Positions 31,202 to 41,284 of a DNA stretch of 64,000 nucleotides are shown piece by piece. A program made the position numbers and the translations under genes. How positions within the stretch are numbered: the first letter of the stretch is position 1; every line of letters starts with the position of its first letter. The DNA lies in assembly GCA_002937505.1 (NCBI GenBank), contig PTJY01000003.1:199898-263897 (forward strand), written 5' to 3'. The DNA is from Alphaproteobacteria bacterium MarineAlpha12_Bin1. GTDB lineage: Bacteria; Pseudomonadota; Alphaproteobacteria; UBA6615. A model generated the notes under the pieces. The model was not told the origin of the DNA, did no database searches, and saw nothing but the letters and a program-made list of their open reading frames with translations.

Positions 31202-32221
31202 CTACTGAGCAGCAATATCGAGATTGTCGGAATAATTAACCAAGTCCGCAGCTGACCTCAAAAGCTCCAAAGCTTCAGTTGGGTTATCATTAAATTTAGG
31301 TAACTGTTCGGAAAGAAGTCGTCTCCAAGAACGCGCCCCAGGTTGACCATTAAATAACCCGAGAATATGCCGGCCAATTGATTTTAATGGAACTCCTTCT
31401 CCAACAGACTTTTCAACATATGGAAGAAATCTCTCTAAGACTTCATGTCGAGAAATATATTTTTTATCCTCACCATAGAATCGGTTGTCTACTTCAGCAA
31501 GCAGATAAGGATCGCCATATGCTGCCCGACCAAGCATAACTCCATCAACATGACACAAATGTTCTTCAGCAGAGTTAAGATCTGTAATTCCTCCATTTAT
31601 TGTTACTGACAAATCTGGAAACTCATCTTTAAGCCTATAGACCAATTCGTATCGAAGTGGAGGTATTTCTCTATTCTCTTTGGCGCTCAAGCCGTCTAGC
31701 ATAGCTTTTCTGGCATGCACAATAAAATGTTTACAGCCTGCTCTAGAAACAACTTCTACAAATCTAGATAAAGAACTCCACTCATCTTGATCATTAATGG
31801 CAATACGATGCTTCACTGTAACTGGGATATTAACTGCGGAAGCCATCACGTCAACGGCGCTTGCAACCAAATCTGGTGTTGCCATAAGACACGCACCAAA
31901 ATTACCCACCTGCACTCTATCTGAAGGACAACCAACGTTCAGGTTAATTTCATCGTATCCATAATCTTCGCCAATTCGAGCACATTCTGACAACTCTGAT
32001 TTATCTATACCTCCAATTTGTAGAGCGAGCGGATTCTCATCAGAACTAAAAGCAAGCAAGCGGTCTTTATCACCCCGCAAGATAGCACCACAAGTAATCA
32101 TCTCAGAGTATAGCTTCACATTTCGACTTATTTGCCGTAAAAAAAATCTTTCATGACGATCAGTCCAATTCATCATTGGAGCTACTGATATAGGACTGAT
32201 GGGTATATTATTATTTGCCAT
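31202..32221 (-). CDS. dusA: tRNA dihydrouridine synthase DusA
   Basis: VAPMMNWTDRH, NLNVGCPSDRVQ, VHARKA, ENREIPPL. Confidence 0.96.
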   Translation of the reverse strand: MANNNIPISPISVAPMMNWTDRHERFFLRQISRNVKLYSEMITCGAILRGDKDRLLAFSSDENPLALQIGGIDKSELSECARIGEDYGYDEINLNVGCPSDRVQVGNFGACLMATPDLVASAVDVMASAVNIPVTVKHRIAINDQDEWSSLSRFVEVVSRAGCKHFIVHARKAMLDGLSAKENREIPPLRYELVYRLKDEFPDLSVTINGGITDLNSAEEHLCHVDGVMLGRAAYGDPYLLAEVDNRFYGEDKKYISRHEVLERFLPYVEKSVGEGVPLKSIGRHILGLFNGQPGARSWRRLLSEQLPKFNDNPTEALELLRSAADLVNYSDNLDIAAQ

Positions 32222-32285
32222 GCTTCATATTTCTATTTTGTCGAATTAGTTATTGCTCTCATATGGCCTTGCTGGATTAATCTTA

Positions 32286-33137
32286 TTAACATTTTCTGAT
32301 CTCAACATTATCTATCAAACGAACATTTCCAAGATATACAGCCGCCATGATTCGACCAGATTCATCAAATTTTGATAGAGCTCTTAGATCACTCTCAGCT
32401 CGTAACTCTATATAGTCAATTTTACTAAAACCCGACATAATCAGTTTTTCTTTCGAGTTATGAATAACCGTGGCCACATCAACTCCTTCTTCAATTTGAC
32501 GAGCTGCGTCAAAAAGAGTTTGGGCAAATATTGGCGCAATTTTCCGATCATTTGAAGAGAGTTGGCTATTCCTGGAGGAAAGAGCCAACTGATCATGCTC
32601 ACGAATAGTTTTGCAATGAACAATTTCAACAGGCAGATCAAGATCGGCGACCATGCGCTTTATAACATGTAATTGCTGAAAGTCTTTCTCTCCAAAAAAT
32701 GCTTTATCAGCGAGACTCTGTATAAGTAACTTACCCACCACTGTAGCTACACTATCAAAGTGACCTGGCCTAAAATCTCCACACAAACCACGGCTTACAC
32801 CCGATACAACAATTTTTGTTGAATGCCCTATAGGATAAATTTCATCAGTTTGAGGTGCATACAGCAGGTCAATATTATATGAATTCAGTTTATCAATATC
32901 ATCATCTTCATTTCTAGGATATTTATCTAAATCCTCAGGACTGTCGAACTGAGAAGGATTCACAAACAACGTAACTATTACTCGATCAGTAAGGCTTTTA
33001 GCCTCACGAACTAAACTTAAATGCCCCGCATGAAGCGCCCCCATTGTAGGAACAATAGATATGCTTTCATCTGATTTTTTCCATTTTCTTACGTGTGAAC
33101 GTAAATCATTTATTGATCGAACAATAGTTATACTCAC
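32286..33137 (-). CDS. panC: Pantoate-beta-alanine ligase
   Basis: [42 protein letters not shown]. Confidence 0.97.
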   Translation of the reverse strand: MSITIVRSINDLRSHVRKWKKSDESISIVPTMGALHAGHLSLVREAKSLTDRVIVTLFVNPSQFDSPEDLDKYPRNEDDDIDKLNSYNIDLLYAPQTDEIYPIGHSTKIVVSGVSRGLCGDFRPGHFDSVATVVGKLLIQSLADKAFFGEKDFQQLHVIKRMVADLDLPVEIVHCKTIREHDQLALSSRNSQLSSNDRKIAPIFAQTLFDAARQIEEGVDVATVIHNSKEKLIMSGFSKIDYIELRAESDLRALSKFDESGRIMAAVYLGNVRLIDNVEIRKC

Positions 33138-33976
33138 TTCTTACCTTCTTTGTTAATGGAACTAGAATCTTCAAAGACATGCTCAGATGAAGGGAACTTT
33201 CGGGATCGTACTTCCAAAGCATATTCGCTTATTGCTCGATCAGCAGCTGTCCCTAATTGTTCATAATGTTTTACAAACTTGGGTTTAAAGTCATTGAATA
33301 TGCCCAATAAATCATCGACAACGAGTACTTGGCCATCACACATAACCGAAGCCCCTATGCCAATTGTTGGTATATCTATTCTCTTGGTTACTTCCTCAGA
33401 AATAGTTTCGGTCAACATTTCAAGAACAACAGAAAAAGCCCCGGCATCAGCTACAGCTATCGCATCTTCTAAAATTCTTTCTCTATCTTTTCCTCGTCCT
33501 TGAACTGAATATCCGCCAAACATGTTAACTGACTGAGGAGTCAAACCGACATGGGCCATGACAGGAATACCTCTAGAGGTTAGAAAGTCTATAGTTTCTG
33601 CCATATGAGCTCCTCCTTCTAGTTTAACTGCCTCGCAACGAGTTTCCTGCATAATAATTCTAGCATTATGGAAAGCCTGTTCTTTATTTTCCTCGTAACT
33701 CCCAAAAGGCATATCAACTATCAGCAGGGCTTTCTTAACTCCCTTCCGAACAGCTCTACCATGCATAATCATCATGTCCATGGTTACTTCTAAAGTAGAT
33801 GAAAAACCGTGCATTACCATTCCAACACTGTCTCCAACGAGAATAAATTCACAATGTTTATCAGCCAATTTAGCAATCGGAGTTGTGTAAGCTGCAACTC
33901 CGGCTATAGGGTCCCCTCCCTTCCGCCTTGTAAAATCAATAACCGAAAAGGCAGTTGACGAAGAATTTGCACTCAT
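33134..33976 (-). CDS. panB: 3-methyl-2-oxobutanoate hydroxymethyltransferase
   Basis: [41 protein letters not shown]; start at MSANS after GGAG. Confidence 0.96.
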   Translation of the reverse strand: MSANSSSTAFSVIDFTRRKGGDPIAGVAAYTTPIAKLADKHCEFILVGDSVGMVMHGFSSTLEVTMDMMIMHGRAVRKGVKKALLIVDMPFGSYEENKEQAFHNARIIMQETRCEAVKLEGGAHMAETIDFLTSRGIPVMAHVGLTPQSVNMFGGYSVQGRGKDRERILEDAIAVADAGAFSVVLEMLTETISEEVTKRIDIPTIGIGASVMCDGQVLVVDDLLGIFNDFKPKFVKHYEQLGTAADRAISEYALEVRSRKFPSSEHVFEDSSSINKEGKK

Positions 33977-34214
33977 GTTTATCTCCACGAAGAATTAAGA
34001 AAATCTTATTTAAATTCCTTTTCTAGCTAATCAAAATGAATAGCTAGTAAAACATAGGGCTATGTGTATGAAAAAAATCGCTTTTCAGCAACAGATAGTC
34101 ATTAAATATATGTCCTCAATTCTAAAATTTATAAAATTAAGTTATTACCTATCATATCTTTTAAATAAAACTTTTATAAATTCAAAACCAAAGTAGTCAG
34201 GTAATTAAAATATA

Positions 34215-36104
34215 ATGTTAAAGATCAATAATTTAACATATAGGATCGGAGAAAGAGTACTCCTAAATAAAGCTAATGCCACAGTAAGCGCTGGCAGCAA
34301 GACAGCTGTATTAGGGCGCAACGGAGCAGGTAAAACAACTTTGTTCAAACTTATTATGGGTGAATTAATATCTGACGAGGGTAGTATTGACCATCCTCCC
34401 AGCTGGAAAATTTCTATGACCAGTCAGGAAGCCCCAAATGGAAAAGAAAACCTCATAAATACAGTAATGAGTGCGGATAGAAAACTTTTGTCGCTTCTTA
34501 AAGAGTCAGAAACCGCTGAAAACCCAGAACGTATAGCCGAAATACATGAAACCCTCGCCGATAAAGAAGCCTATAAAGCTCCATCAAATGCAGCTAAAAT
34601 CCTAGCAGGTTTGGGATTCAGCAATGAAGATCAGAGTCAATCTTGTGATGCATTTTCTGGTGGATGGAGAATGAGAGTTGCGTTAGCTTCACTATTATTT
34701 TTGAAACCGGATCTCCTTTTACTAGACGAGCCTACCAATTATTTAGACTTAGAAGCAGTTATATGGTTTGAAGATTATATTTCTTCTTACCCAGGCACAG
34801 TACTATTGATCAGCCATGATCGGGATCTGCTTAACTCTTCAGTCGACAAAGTCATTCACTTAGATCAGACAAAGCTTACTTCTTATCGTGGTAACTATGA
34901 TCGCTTTGTAGAAACACACCGATTGAAGATTGAGTTATCAGAGAAACAACGAGTGAAAGAAGAATCTGAAAGAAAACACATAGAACAATTCATAACACGG
35001 TTTCGTTCTAAGGCAACAAAAGCAAAGCAGGCGCAATCAAGAATAAAAATGCTAGCTCGGATGAAACCAATAACAAATATAACTGAAGAAAGGGCTGCAA
35101 ATTTTAGTTTTCCGAAAATAGAAAAACTGGCCCCTCCTCTCTTTAATCTAGAAAAGATAGATGTTGGCTATAACAATCAAGCTATAATTAAAAATTTGTC
35201 CGGAAGGATCGATAGCGACGATCGTATAGCTCTGCTTGGAGCTAATGGAAATGGTAAATCAACATTTATAAAATTGTTGGCTGGTGTTCTTAAACCAATA
35301 TCAGGTTCAATCCAAATGTCATCAAAGCTTAAAATAGGTTACTTTTCTCAAGACCTTGCAGAGAGCCTTGACTTAACGGCTACTCCTTACTCACAGATAC
35401 AAAAAATTTCTCCTAAAACAAAACCTGAAAAAATTAGAAATCATTTAGGTGCGTTCGGATTTTCTAAAGAAATGGCGCTTGAAAAAATAAATCACCTATC
35501 TGGTGGTGAAAAAGCTCGACTTTTGTTCGCACAAATATCAATTCAAAGTCCTCATATATTATTGTTAGACGAACCAACAAATCATCTTGATATCTTATCC
35601 CGTCACGCATTAGTTCATGCGATAAATGAATTTGATGGGGCCGTAATAATCGTGAGCCACGATCCGTACCTTCTCGAAGCAACCGTGGATAATTTTTGGC
35701 TAATTGCCGATCAGAAGTTACAAATCTTTGAAGGGGACATGGACGATTACAGAACTTTTATGTTAAATCAAAGCATCTCTAATGATAACTCCGATACAGA
35801 ACAAAGTTCTACCATTAGAAATCCGTTAAACAAAAAAGAAATAAGGCGTAAAGCGGCTGAGAAAAGAGCATCACTGACGACCTTACGTGGGGCTGCGAAA
35901 AAGGCTGAGTCTGAACTAAGCATGCTAATTAAAAAGAAAGAAAATATAATTGAGTTTTTAAAAGAAGCAGACTCATACAAAAAATTTCCTGATAAAGCTC
36001 TTCAACTTCAAAAAGAAATGGGAAAGTTGCAAAAGCAATTAGAAACAGTTGAAGAACAGTGGATCGATACACAAATGAAACTGGAAAATGAGAGTGACAG
36101 TTAA
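34215..36104 (+). CDS. ABC-F family ATPase (YheS-like)
   Basis: Two ABC domains (GRNGAGKT, GANGNGKS), SGGWRMR, DEPTN twice, KAKQAQSR linker, C-terminal coiled coil; no TM segments. Confidence 0.93.
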   Translation: MLKINNLTYRIGERVLLNKANATVSAGSKTAVLGRNGAGKTTLFKLIMGELISDEGSIDHPPSWKISMTSQEAPNGKENLINTVMSADRKLLSLLKESETAENPERIAEIHETLADKEAYKAPSNAAKILAGLGFSNEDQSQSCDAFSGGWRMRVALASLLFLKPDLLLLDEPTNYLDLEAVIWFEDYISSYPGTVLLISHDRDLLNSSVDKVIHLDQTKLTSYRGNYDRFVETHRLKIELSEKQRVKEESERKHIEQFITRFRSKATKAKQAQSRIKMLARMKPITNITEERAANFSFPKIEKLAPPLFNLEKIDVGYNNQAIIKNLSGRIDSDDRIALLGANGNGKSTFIKLLAGVLKPISGSIQMSSKLKIGYFSQDLAESLDLTATPYSQIQKISPKTKPEKIRNHLGAFGFSKEMALEKINHLSGGEKARLLFAQISIQSPHILLLDEPTNHLDILSRHALVHAINEFDGAVIIVSHDPYLLEATVDNFWLIADQKLQIFEGDMDDYRTFMLNQSISNDNSDTEQSSTIRNPLNKKEIRRKAAEKRASLTTLRGAAKKAESELSMLIKKKENIIEFLKEADSYKKFPDKALQLQKEMGKLQKQLETVEEQWIDTQMKLENESDS

Positions 36105-36135
36105 TTAAATCTTATTACCTTTTTAACTCAAAAAA

Positions 36136-36957
36136 TTAGTGACGATAAATGTAAAAATCTGCATATGATATTACTTCGTCTTTCATCATACTTTTTTCAT
36201 TTAAACTTCGATAAAGTCCCCATTTAGGACGGATAAAGATTGCGTTTTCACTCCACATATGAATCGTATCATTTTTATAATTAATAATGGGATTTCCTGT
36301 ATTTATACTCATGATTTCCAAATAATATGATCCGTGAAGCCCAAATCTGATTTTCTCTTTTACTAACACCCATTTACCAACGAAACGATCAAGATTAACT
36401 TCTATAAGTTTGTTTGCTCGAGAATCTTTAGCATGCCTTACTTCAAAGTAACCAACTTCATCCTTAGAGTTTTTTCTTGCAGTGAATGTTAATAATGGAT
36501 TTTTATCTTTACCACCTACAGGTTTCAATTGATGTAAATGGGTAAAACTATTTGAGGCTTGAAAAGTTTTACCTATTTTAAATTTCCAAGAATATGTATA
36601 CTCATCCCTTTTTCGTGCTTTAAGCCACTCTGGAGATTTATTATAAACTTTAATCTCAATCCTTTGACGATCTTGTTTTTTACAAAGATCGTCATCATGA
36701 TCAAGGTGCAAATGAAACTGAAACACAGCCCTTTTTAAAGAATGATCAAACTCCTGAGTTATGTGTGGACCAAACTCAATATGTCCACAATCAGGTGCTT
36801 CAATGGCATTACCATCTAACTCAACAAGATGTTTATTTATTATTTTATAGGGATCCTTGTTCACATCAGCATTAAAATGTAGAAACTCAGCAGCAACAGA
36901 AAAAGCAGGCAGGAAGATACAAATAACTAATATAGAAAGTATAATTCTAACTATCAT
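36136..36957 (-). CDS. Secreted polysaccharide-lyase-like (beta-jelly-roll) protein
   Basis: Signal peptide; RQRIEIK, YSWKF, FTHLHQLK and PKWGLYR resemble the R-x-E / H-Q / K-x-G-x-Y regions of jelly-roll lyases. Confidence 0.65.
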   Translation of the reverse strand: MIVRIILSILVICIFLPAFSVAAEFLHFNADVNKDPYKIINKHLVELDGNAIEAPDCGHIEFGPHITQEFDHSLKRAVFQFHLHLDHDDDLCKKQDRQRIEIKVYNKSPEWLKARKRDEYTYSWKFKIGKTFQASNSFTHLHQLKPVGGKDKNPLLTFTARKNSKDEVGYFEVRHAKDSRANKLIEVNLDRFVGKWVLVKEKIRFGLHGSYYLEIMSINTGNPIINYKNDTIHMWSENAIFIRPKWGLYRSLNEKSMMKDEVISYADFYIYRH

Positions 36958-37000
36958 TGCTAATAAAAATTAATCATAAATATTTTGTAAGAACCAACGT

Positions 37001-37618
37001 TCAAAGAGTAATAGCTCTTTCGCTAGAAGAAACAAAAACTTCCTTAAGCTTTTCAAAAGTCTGAACTGACCTGAACTGAGAAAACTCCTTTATTACATTA
37101 TCAGGGGCGTGAAATAAAATTCCAACGTCTGCTTCACCCAACATAGTTGTATCATTATAAGAATCTCCGGCTGCAATAACTCTGTAGTTGAGTGCATGAA
37201 ATGCTTTAACTGAAGCTCTTTTAGGATCTTTCTGTCTCAATTTATAGCTAACAATCTTACCTTCTGAATCAGTTATAAGTCTGTGACAGAAAAGGGTTGG
37301 CCATTTAAGCTTTCTCATCAACGGCAACGAAAACTCATAAAAAGTGTCAGATAAAATGATTACTTGAAATCGCTCCCTGAGCCAGTCAAGAAACTCTGGA
37401 GCTCCTTCAAGCGGCTCTAGAGTTTCTATGACCTGCTGAATATCTGAAAGTGTTAAACCATGCCTGTTTAAGAGCTCTAAACGCTGTTTCATTAAGTCAT
37501 TATAGTCGGGAATATCCCTAGTGGTCGCTCGTAATTCTTCGATACCAGTGCGTTCGGAGAATGCAATCCATATTTCTGGGACTAATACCCCTTCTAAATC
37601 CAAACAGGCTAATTCCAA
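37001..37618 (-). CDS. thrH: Phosphoserine phosphatase/homoserine phosphotransferase ThrH
   Basis: CLDLEGVLVPEIW, TTRDIPDY, LSDTFYEF, AAGDSYNDT; TTG start with GGAG SD. Confidence 0.95.
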   Translation of the reverse strand: MELACLDLEGVLVPEIWIAFSERTGIEELRATTRDIPDYNDLMKQRLELLNRHGLTLSDIQQVIETLEPLEGAPEFLDWLRERFQVIILSDTFYEFSLPLMRKLKWPTLFCHRLITDSEGKIVSYKLRQKDPKRASVKAFHALNYRVIAAGDSYNDTTMLGEADVGILFHAPDNVIKEFSQFRSVQTFEKLKEVFVSSSERAITL

Positions 37619-37683
37619 CTTGTAGCTCCCATATTTAATGCTGAAAAAGCTCAGTCATTAATGTCTATGTTAAAATACTTTAT

Positions 37684-38055
37684 TTAACCACTCAGTGCTT
37701 TAGCAAGCTTTTGAGAATCATCAAATATTGTGAATTCAATCTCTAGACCGTCCTCTACAACGAACATGTGGACCCCTTGAGCATCCAAATTATCGGCCGA
37801 GTACTGCACATGAAGCTGAACTCTATTCTCTTCGGCAGTTATACTTAATATAGATAAATCAAAATTGGGGAATAAAGTTGGCAACCTTTGAAGGTGATTA
37901 TTTCTCCAATTTTCATAACCCAAGTATTCACCAGATAATTCATGATCTCCATTAACCCTAATAACGGCTTCAGGATGAAAAATCTTGCCTAGTCCGTCTA
38001 AATCGCCCTCCGCAAACATCTGATAGCCACTGAGAACTAACTCTTTAGGTGTCAT
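37684..38055 (-). CDS. SnoaL/NTF2-like protein
   Basis: 123 aa; Y..F..GD...L...FHPEAV...G.H.LSGEY.G pattern typical of NTF2-fold proteins. Confidence 0.7.
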   Translation of the reverse strand: MTPKELVLSGYQMFAEGDLDGLGKIFHPEAVIRVNGDHELSGEYLGYENWRNNHLQRLPTLFPNFDLSILSITAEENRVQLHVQYSADNLDAQGVHMFVVEDGLEIEFTIFDDSQKLAKALSG

Positions 38056-38278
38056 TTTCTAATCTCCTTTAACATAATTTATATCTATTTAATTAATTAT
38101 CGAATAATTTACTAATTATTATAACTAAAACCCTGCAGCTTTTAAAACAGATGATCAATCCCAAAAATGCTTTTATATTTACATTTATCTTTGTGTGCTA
38201 GATATTGATTGCAATCAACGAAATCTGGTCAATATTTTCCTATTGTGCCATAATACAGAGACTAGTTTAGGACTTTTT

Positions 38279-39550
38279 ATGGATCGGCCGAATATGAAAG
38301 AGAACATCAAAACACTAGACTTGGATGCGTCATCTTCATCCTACATACCTCCGCTTGAGCTCACGGAAGGCCAGCCTCCGCCGATAGCTGCAAACGGAGG
38401 TTTGTCATATATGTCTTTCGAGAAAAACGGTGATGCGGGAACAACTGCGGCTATAGAGGCTGCCTTAGCTCAAATTGAGGATGGAAAAGAGCTAGTAAAC
38501 ATGATCGAGAAGGCTCCTCCAGGCCCCATCCAAACGAAATGGGGTTTAGGTTTCCGCAACTATGATGAATGTCTTGATTATATTAAAGCGAATGGTATTG
38601 GCTCTTCTGAAGAGACCTTGGCCCTGCCTTTAGCTTATACAATCTTTGAGCAACCAACATATTCCATAGTGCCGTCAAATTCTTTATGGAAAGATCCTTC
38701 ACGCGCGACAGAGGCAGAATTGCTGCGTGAAAATGAAGAAGGAAACCGACGTCGGAATCTATATTTTCCACAGATTATGCGTGATGCAAGACGTATCGGA
38801 GAGTACTATCCAGGTCTTACACCTGATAGCTCTGAATGCATGGATCAACTCGGTTTGTCGATAGCACACTTAGATTCTAAGTGCACAAATTTCTATGATT
38901 CAGCAGAGGTGCAGCGCGTATTTTATCCTGAAATAGAGAATTTGCTTTTAGAGTTTTTTCCGGATTCAACTGATGCTCTTGTTTTCAATCATGATATTTT
39001 TGATAAAGATTATGCTGGAGATAGAACAGAAGACCAAGACGCCAAAAACCCAGGGGTAAATTCAAGTTACGTTAACCTTGTACATAATGATCTTAACGAC
39101 AATAGTGGCCGTGTTCGTTGTCGAGAGTTGTTGACCAAAAACCTTAGAAACTTTGGAAGGGAACTAAAATACTCTGAAGCTGAAGCCGAAGCTAAAATGT
39201 CTCGGCGTTTTTTATCTATCAACTTAGCAAAACCAATGGAAACAGTTGAGCAATTTCCATTTGTGTTGTGCGCTTGGCCATCCTTTGCTGATCAGCCCTA
39301 TATTAATAATTATAGAATCTATGATGATCGAGTTGGTGAGACTACTCGTTTCACTTATCGTCCTGACCATGAATGGTATTGGATACCAAAACAGACGCCA
39401 ACTGAAGTTTCTATGCTAAAATGCTATGATTCTATTAACGATGGATCAGTCTCACGCTGGTCGTTTCACACAGCCTGCATTGATCCAACAGTCCCACTAG
39501 ATGCGTCATGTCGTAAGAACGTAGTGGTACGTGCTTACGTTTTCTTTTAG
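38279..39550 (+). CDS. CmcJ/NvfI-family Fe(II) oxygenase with N-terminal extension
   Basis: NFYD..EV...FYPE, VFNH, VHND, PFVLC, HEWYW, LKCYDS, FHTA..DP, C-terminal R.NVVVR; start chosen after AGGA SD. Confidence 0.72.
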   Translation: MDRPNMKENIKTLDLDASSSSYIPPLELTEGQPPPIAANGGLSYMSFEKNGDAGTTAAIEAALAQIEDGKELVNMIEKAPPGPIQTKWGLGFRNYDECLDYIKANGIGSSEETLALPLAYTIFEQPTYSIVPSNSLWKDPSRATEAELLRENEEGNRRRNLYFPQIMRDARRIGEYYPGLTPDSSECMDQLGLSIAHLDSKCTNFYDSAEVQRVFYPEIENLLLEFFPDSTDALVFNHDIFDKDYAGDRTEDQDAKNPGVNSSYVNLVHNDLNDNSGRVRCRELLTKNLRNFGRELKYSEAEAEAKMSRRFLSINLAKPMETVEQFPFVLCAWPSFADQPYINNYRIYDDRVGETTRFTYRPDHEWYWIPKQTPTEVSMLKCYDSINDGSVSRWSFHTACIDPTVPLDASCRKNVVVRAYVFF

Positions 39551-39627
39551 GTGCAAATGTAAAATTGGTAATTTCGTTTTTTATCAAAGTTTTAAGTAGT
39601 GCCATTTTCGCTGTGTTACCAGATTGG

Positions 39628-41082
39628 TTATATATAACCTTTTGGTGAAATAAATCCTCCCAAATGAGTTTCTATCAATTTTGCAAATTGAATTGTTGTT
39701 AAATCCTGCATGTGAGGCCCTATAATTTGAATGCCACAGGGCAATCCGGACTTCGTGAAACCGACTGGCGCTACACTTGCTGGCAAATAGACTAGGCTGG
39801 GAAGGCCGGCCCAGAACAACTGATCAACGGTAGATTCTTCTTCGTCATTTATAGGGATTGTCCTATCAGCTCTGTCTCCTGCTTGATCATGGGGAAAAGC
39901 TGCTGAAGCTGCAACTGGTGTTAAAAGTAAATCATACTCTTCAAAAAATAATTCCCACTGTCGGCGCATTAATTCTCTCTCTTCATTCCAAACTAACCAT
40001 TCCCTATGAGACATTGTGACTGCACGATCTACTATAGTTTTATAACTGTAATCATCTGGTTCACTCTTTATAGCGCGGTCTTTATGCTCATTAAGAACTT
40101 CACTCGTTAAGCGACTGCTAGTTGCTGCTCTTAATAACATCAAATATACAAGATGAGATCGCTTTGTATCATTTACTGGTTTTACTTTTTCAGTAATGTT
40201 CAGTCCAAGAGTTCTGAGAAGATTAATAGCTGAATAAAGCTGATCAGTCAGTTCACTATCCTGAACACAACTTGGATCATTTAGTAGGACACCAACTCTA
40301 AAATCACTCAAATTCTTTTTTTCTGTTTCTGGGAGCTTGAGAGTCAAACCAGTTGAGTCTTTTCCTGTAACACCTGCCATAGCTAATGTTGCTATCCGTA
40401 GGTCGTCAGCTCCCCTTGCTAATGGTCCAATAACCGAAATATCGATGGGTACGTTAGTTCCCGGTAATGCATGACCTTTAGTCGGAAGAATACCCATCGT
40501 TGGCTTATGACCAAAAACTCCGCAATAATGGGCTGGATTACGGATAGATGCGCCTATATCACTTCCGGTTTCAATTCCCGTCATTCCTGATGCCAGGGCT
40601 GCCGCTGAACCTCCTGAAGAGCCTCCTGGACTACGTGATAAATCCCACGGATTATTTGTTGTTCCATAAATTTCGTTGAAACTCTGCCAATCAGAAAGAC
40701 TAAACGGAACATTTGTCTTCCCAAAAAGAGTAACGCCCGCTTTTTTCATTCTTTTTACAGCAAGACTATCGTCGCTTGCTATGTTGTCTTTATACTGAGG
40801 AATGCCCCAGGTTGATGGTTGTCCTTTAACATCAAAACTTTCTTTTATAGTCATAGGTACGCCATGAAGAGGGCCCCAAACTTCTCCTCTCGATAATGCT
40901 TTGTCAGCTTCTATAGCTCTGGACCTCGCTCCCGGCTCATCCATAAGGATGATCGCATTTAATGAGGGGTTATATTTCTTTATACGTTCAAAATATAATT
41001 CAAGAATTTCAAGACAACTAATTTCCTTGTCTCTAATGCTTTGAGCAATTTGTGCTGCTGTTAGATAGTGAAGATCTGACAT
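39628..41082 (-). CDS. Amidase-signature family amidase
   Basis: GPLHGVPMTIKES, PGGSSGGS, GSDIGASIRNPA (Ser-cisSer-Lys triad). Confidence 0.93.
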   Translation of the reverse strand: MSDLHYLTAAQIAQSIRDKEISCLEILELYFERIKKYNPSLNAIILMDEPGARSRAIEADKALSRGEVWGPLHGVPMTIKESFDVKGQPSTWGIPQYKDNIASDDSLAVKRMKKAGVTLFGKTNVPFSLSDWQSFNEIYGTTNNPWDLSRSPGGSSGGSAAALASGMTGIETGSDIGASIRNPAHYCGVFGHKPTMGILPTKGHALPGTNVPIDISVIGPLARGADDLRIATLAMAGVTGKDSTGLTLKLPETEKKNLSDFRVGVLLNDPSCVQDSELTDQLYSAINLLRTLGLNITEKVKPVNDTKRSHLVYLMLLRAATSSRLTSEVLNEHKDRAIKSEPDDYSYKTIVDRAVTMSHREWLVWNEERELMRRQWELFFEEYDLLLTPVAASAAFPHDQAGDRADRTIPINDEEESTVDQLFWAGLPSLVYLPASVAPVGFTKSGLPCGIQIIGPHMQDLTTIQFAKLIETHLGGFISPKGYI

Positions 41083-41284
41083 TGAATGGATTCCGGTTAG
41101 CTAAAGGATAAATTTCAAATTTATTGTCACACAATAACTTTCAGCTAAGAGATAAAACTAAACTGAATGATTAACCCTATTTATTTATAATCAAGTAATG
41201 TATTTCAGCTTCTTAACCCTTTTGATTATTACTGTGCATATCAATAGGTGATAGGCATTAGAATGTATATATAACGTGCACAAT

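Noticed and set aside
33977-34214. pan RNA motif or riboswitch upstream of panB
   Set aside because: AT-rich with no convincing paired stems by eye; would need a covariance-model search.
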